Shown piece after piece: positions 62,201-64,000 of a stretch of DNA of 64,000 bases. A program made the position numbers and the translations under genes. Numbering within the stretch: the stretch's first letter is position 1; every line of letters starts with the position of its first letter. Origin of the DNA: an uncultured Hyphomicrobiales bacterium (lineage in GTDB: Bacteria > Bacteroidota > Ignavibacteria > Kapaibacteriales > UBA2268). The notes below the pieces were generated by a model. It searched no databases. It worked only from the letters and a program-made list of their open reading frames with translations, and had not been told where the DNA came from. The stretch covers positions 4,644 to 68,643 of the forward strand of contig CAZXYS010000014.1 of the NCBI GenBank assembly GCA_964645005.1. Direction: 5' to 3'.

Positions 62201-62974
62201 AACAACCTTGTTAATAATGCTATCAAATATACAAATAAAGGCAAAGTAAAAGTCATTGTCGATTCTGAAGATGGCGACCAACCCAAAGCTGTTATTAAAG
62301 TGATAGATACAGGTATAGGCATATCCGCGGAAAATCAGAAACTTATCTTCGAAGAATTCCGCCAGGTGAGCGAAGGCATTAGCCGCTCATTCGAGGGCGC
62401 CGGTCTCGGCTTGACAATTACCAAAAAATACATCGAAAAAATGAACGGCGAGATATACGTCGAAAGCGAGCCGAATAAAGGCTCTACCTTCACCGTCAAA
62501 TTCCCCGCCATAGAAGTAACCCAACAGGAAGGACAACCCGAATTAATGACTGAAGAGAGAATGGAATCCGAAATGAATTCACAACAGAATGAAGACCTGC
62601 CCCTTGTTCTTTTAGTCGAGGACGACATTTCATCCAGCGTCCTGACCGAGCGCTACATCAAGGGTATGTGCAGAGTCGAACATGCTGCCAACGGCGAAAA
62701 AGCAGTGGAACAAGCCAAGGAAAAAGTTTATGACGCAATCTTAATGGACATTAACCTCGGCGGCGGCATGAGCGGCATGGACTCTGTCCGCGAAATCAGA
62801 AAATTACCCGAATACAAAAATACTCCAATAATGGCGCTCACCGCCTTTGCAATGAAAGGAGATAAAGAAGAATTTCTTGAGGGCGGCTGCACGCATTATC
62901 TTTCGAAGCCATTCGAACGAGAAGATATAATCGACGTACTTAATGAAATGATAGAAGATAATTCACAAAATTAA
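59219..62974 (+). CDS. hybrid sensor histidine kinase (REC – GAF/PAS ×≥3 – HisKA – HATPase – REC)
   Basis: The N-terminal receiver is ILHLEDDPTDKELIKE...ILADLKLPDYDG. There are multiple PAS domains (ITERK boundaries), the H-box FLANMSHEMRTPM, the ATP-binding GAGLGLTITKK, and a C-terminal receiver LVLLVEDD...ILMDINLGGGMSG...YLSKP. Confidence 0.9.
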   Translation: MKEYIKILHLEDDPTDKELIKETLGGDNWHCNFDYAETEEEFTAHLKKADFDIILADLKLPDYDGFQALELAKELCPDKPFVFVSGEMGEETAVEAIKKGATDYVLKHNLFKLPTVIKRVLIEYDEKEKVNKAEKHIEHLNRVLKSVRNVNQLIVKEKDVRKLIQQSCNNLIENRGYNHAYIGLFDNKMQLTDLVHAGLGESFEILKKYLETNSFPTCWKNTLSAQGAIVIEDVENECRHCPLQVNEVISGNSSLSIKLQHENKFYGFMTVSIPQEFVEEEEEKDLFEEVAGDISYALHSIETAEERELAVSSLIDSEKKFRSIFNNASDSIFIHDYEGNLIEVNRIACERMGYSQQELYSMKIADLISEEEIDKFSDWISTIRTYGRTLQESAAVSKAGNSIPIEISSRAIDFEGEQAILSIARDITERKEQEKQLADREEKYRLLAENTLDIIWQIDLNMIITYISPSCYEVTGYTPEESIGNNVLDFTSQEEARKIMDEYQETVNKYPDKTKKYLETFLYHKDGHIIPIEISARILADENDMPISMQGITRDITERKKAESALRESERRLSTLMSNLPGMAYRCKFDRQYTMEFASEGGYTLTGYQPEELIDNNVIAYGDLILPQYRDYVWDSVQIAVDNDEPFKLEYKIITREGEEKWVWERGNAINVNGKVVLEGFIADITDRKEAEEEIRKSRHDLQIKNKISNAFINTDDFYNAILDVLKEELDSEFGFVGFINDNGDFESPSMTRNVWEDCEVEDKSIVFPKDKWGGIWGQSLKEKKTLFKNKDLNTPEGHVPLHSALVSPILLNDELIGLVAAANKEGGYTQEDINFIKSICTYLSPLFHSKLKEEKYKTDLLEAKERAEEGNRIKSSFLANMSHEMRTPMVGILGFADILYKEIHNEDQKEMAQMILTSGRRLMDTLNLLLDLSRVEADKQELNFEEMSLAFSVLDAVELFSPLAQQKNLSLETEILDENVTAYLDENILVKTVNNLVNNAIKYTNKGKVKVIVDSEDGDQPKAVIKVIDTGIGISAENQKLIFEEFRQVSEGISRSFEGAGLGLTITKKYIEKMNGEIYVESEPNKGSTFTVKFPAIEVTQQEGQPELMTEERMESEMNSQQNEDLPLVLLVEDDISSSVLTERYIKGMCRVEHAANGEKAVEQAKEKVYDAILMDINLGGGMSGMDSVREIRKLPEYKNTPIMALTAFAMKGDKEEFLEGGCTHYLSKPFEREDIIDVLNEMIEDNSQN

Positions 62975-63108
62975 AAATATAATAAAATGATGATGTAAAT
63001 TTTAATCTAATTTAAAATTCATATCAGTTTTTTAGTTTAACTTACAATTTTTAGTAAGTTTGTACTTGGTTATTCAAGTATTTAACATGAACGAAATTGT
63101 GAAATATA

Positions 63109-64000
63109 TGAGCAAACTAAAATTAAATCTGATCGTTATATTTATCATTGGATTAAGCATAAGCCCGCTAAAAGGAGAGTTAACGGAGGAATCATCCACT
63201 GTGACAGAGGACAAAAAAGACACCGTTTGCATAAAATATGAATTCCACCCCGGTGATACATTATATTACAGACTTGAAGCCCATGACAGCATAACTATAG
63301 AGTACAACCCGCCTATACTTAAGAAGCGTTACCAGAGATTGAGAATTGTTTGCGACTCGGTTAATGAAGCAAAACACTTTTTCCTTTCATTGCAAATGAC
63401 CGATTATATTTCCAAACAGAGAGTCCTTGACAGCCAACAGGTCACTCGTAAGAACAATCCCTGGTTGAGCAGAAAAGTTTCTGTCGAAATCGACTCCCTT
63501 GGCAAACGCTGTTCGTACTCGTTAGGAAATGATTCTACTGCTTCCCTTGCCCCGGGTGGAGCATTTCAACCATATTTGATCGTTCCTTTCGGAACATCCT
63601 GCAAAGAAATATCGGAAACATGGATAGTTGAAGACTCAATGTTTATACCGGAGAATGGAATCCCAATGCCGGCAGTAAGACATACCTACTTATATAGAAT
63701 GAAGGAACCTATAGACACCTTGGATAAAACATGCTATAATTTTGAATTTATTAATACAGGGCAGGGGAGCATTGAAATAATCTCCGAAGAAACAAATATG
63801 AAAGTTACATCTGTAATGAATGGTCATGGGACGATGAAAATAGATACGGCAAATTTCATTCCCGTCCACATGTTCGCTGCTTTGGAACAAAAGTTGAAAA
63901 TAAGCTCTCCCGGCAGCGGCACTCAACCGGGCTGGCATTATATAAGTCTGGATTATACTCTCGACAGATATATCCCCGCCAAAAAGCGAGAAGAGGATTA
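63109..64000 (+). CDS. hypothetical secreted protein (3'-partial, runs off the window)
   Basis: The open frame starts MSKLKLNLIVIFIIGLSISPLKGE with a signal peptide and has no stop before the window end. Confidence 0.4.

Overview
This 64-kb window is AT-rich bacterial chromosome. It most likely comes from a member of the Fibrobacteres–Chlorobi–Bacteroidetes (FCB) superphylum: three very large secreted proteins end in a Por/T9SS-type C-terminal sorting domain (...YPNPF... β-sandwich tail), SusC-like TonB-dependent receptors carry carboxypeptidase-regulatory-like N-termini, and Shine-Dalgarno motifs are rare. Genes are densely packed on both strands. Housekeeping genes are clear. They are gmk (5'-partial), an ENPP-family phosphodiesterase, rnhB, a queD–folE operon, nadE (glutamine-dependent), clpP–clpX, a ComF-family protein, an isochorismatase-family hydrolase, a phosphohexomutase, pepE, a RecB/AddA-like UvrD helicase–nuclease, an initiator tRNA-fMet and tRNA-Glu(CUC). 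Signalling genes are a NarL/LuxR-type response regulator, a soluble PAS histidine kinase, and a PAS-HK / CheY-like receiver / REC–PAS–HK–REC hybrid-kinase phosphorelay cluster. The accessory content is the notable part. (i) An 1828-aa T9SS cargo protein is built from four tandem ~395-aa modules, each carrying a papain-fold-like Cys…His domain; the fourth module has Gly in place of the Cys. (ii) A 1939-aa gingipain-like (C25) peptidase carries a T9SS C-terminal domain. (iii) A 1001-aa T9SS protein contains a ~1.0-kb stretch repeated in tandem at 100% nucleotide identity. (iv) Two secreted transglutaminase-like proteins, one of which lacks the catalytic Cys, flank a cytoplasmic PAS histidine kinase in an apparent operon. 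(v) A HicB–HicA toxin–antitoxin pair has hicA frameshifted in a C9 homopolymer. (vi) A family of G/C-rich palindromic intergenic repeats (REP/MITE-like) occurs at five or more loci. No CRISPR array, rRNA, transposase or integrase was seen.
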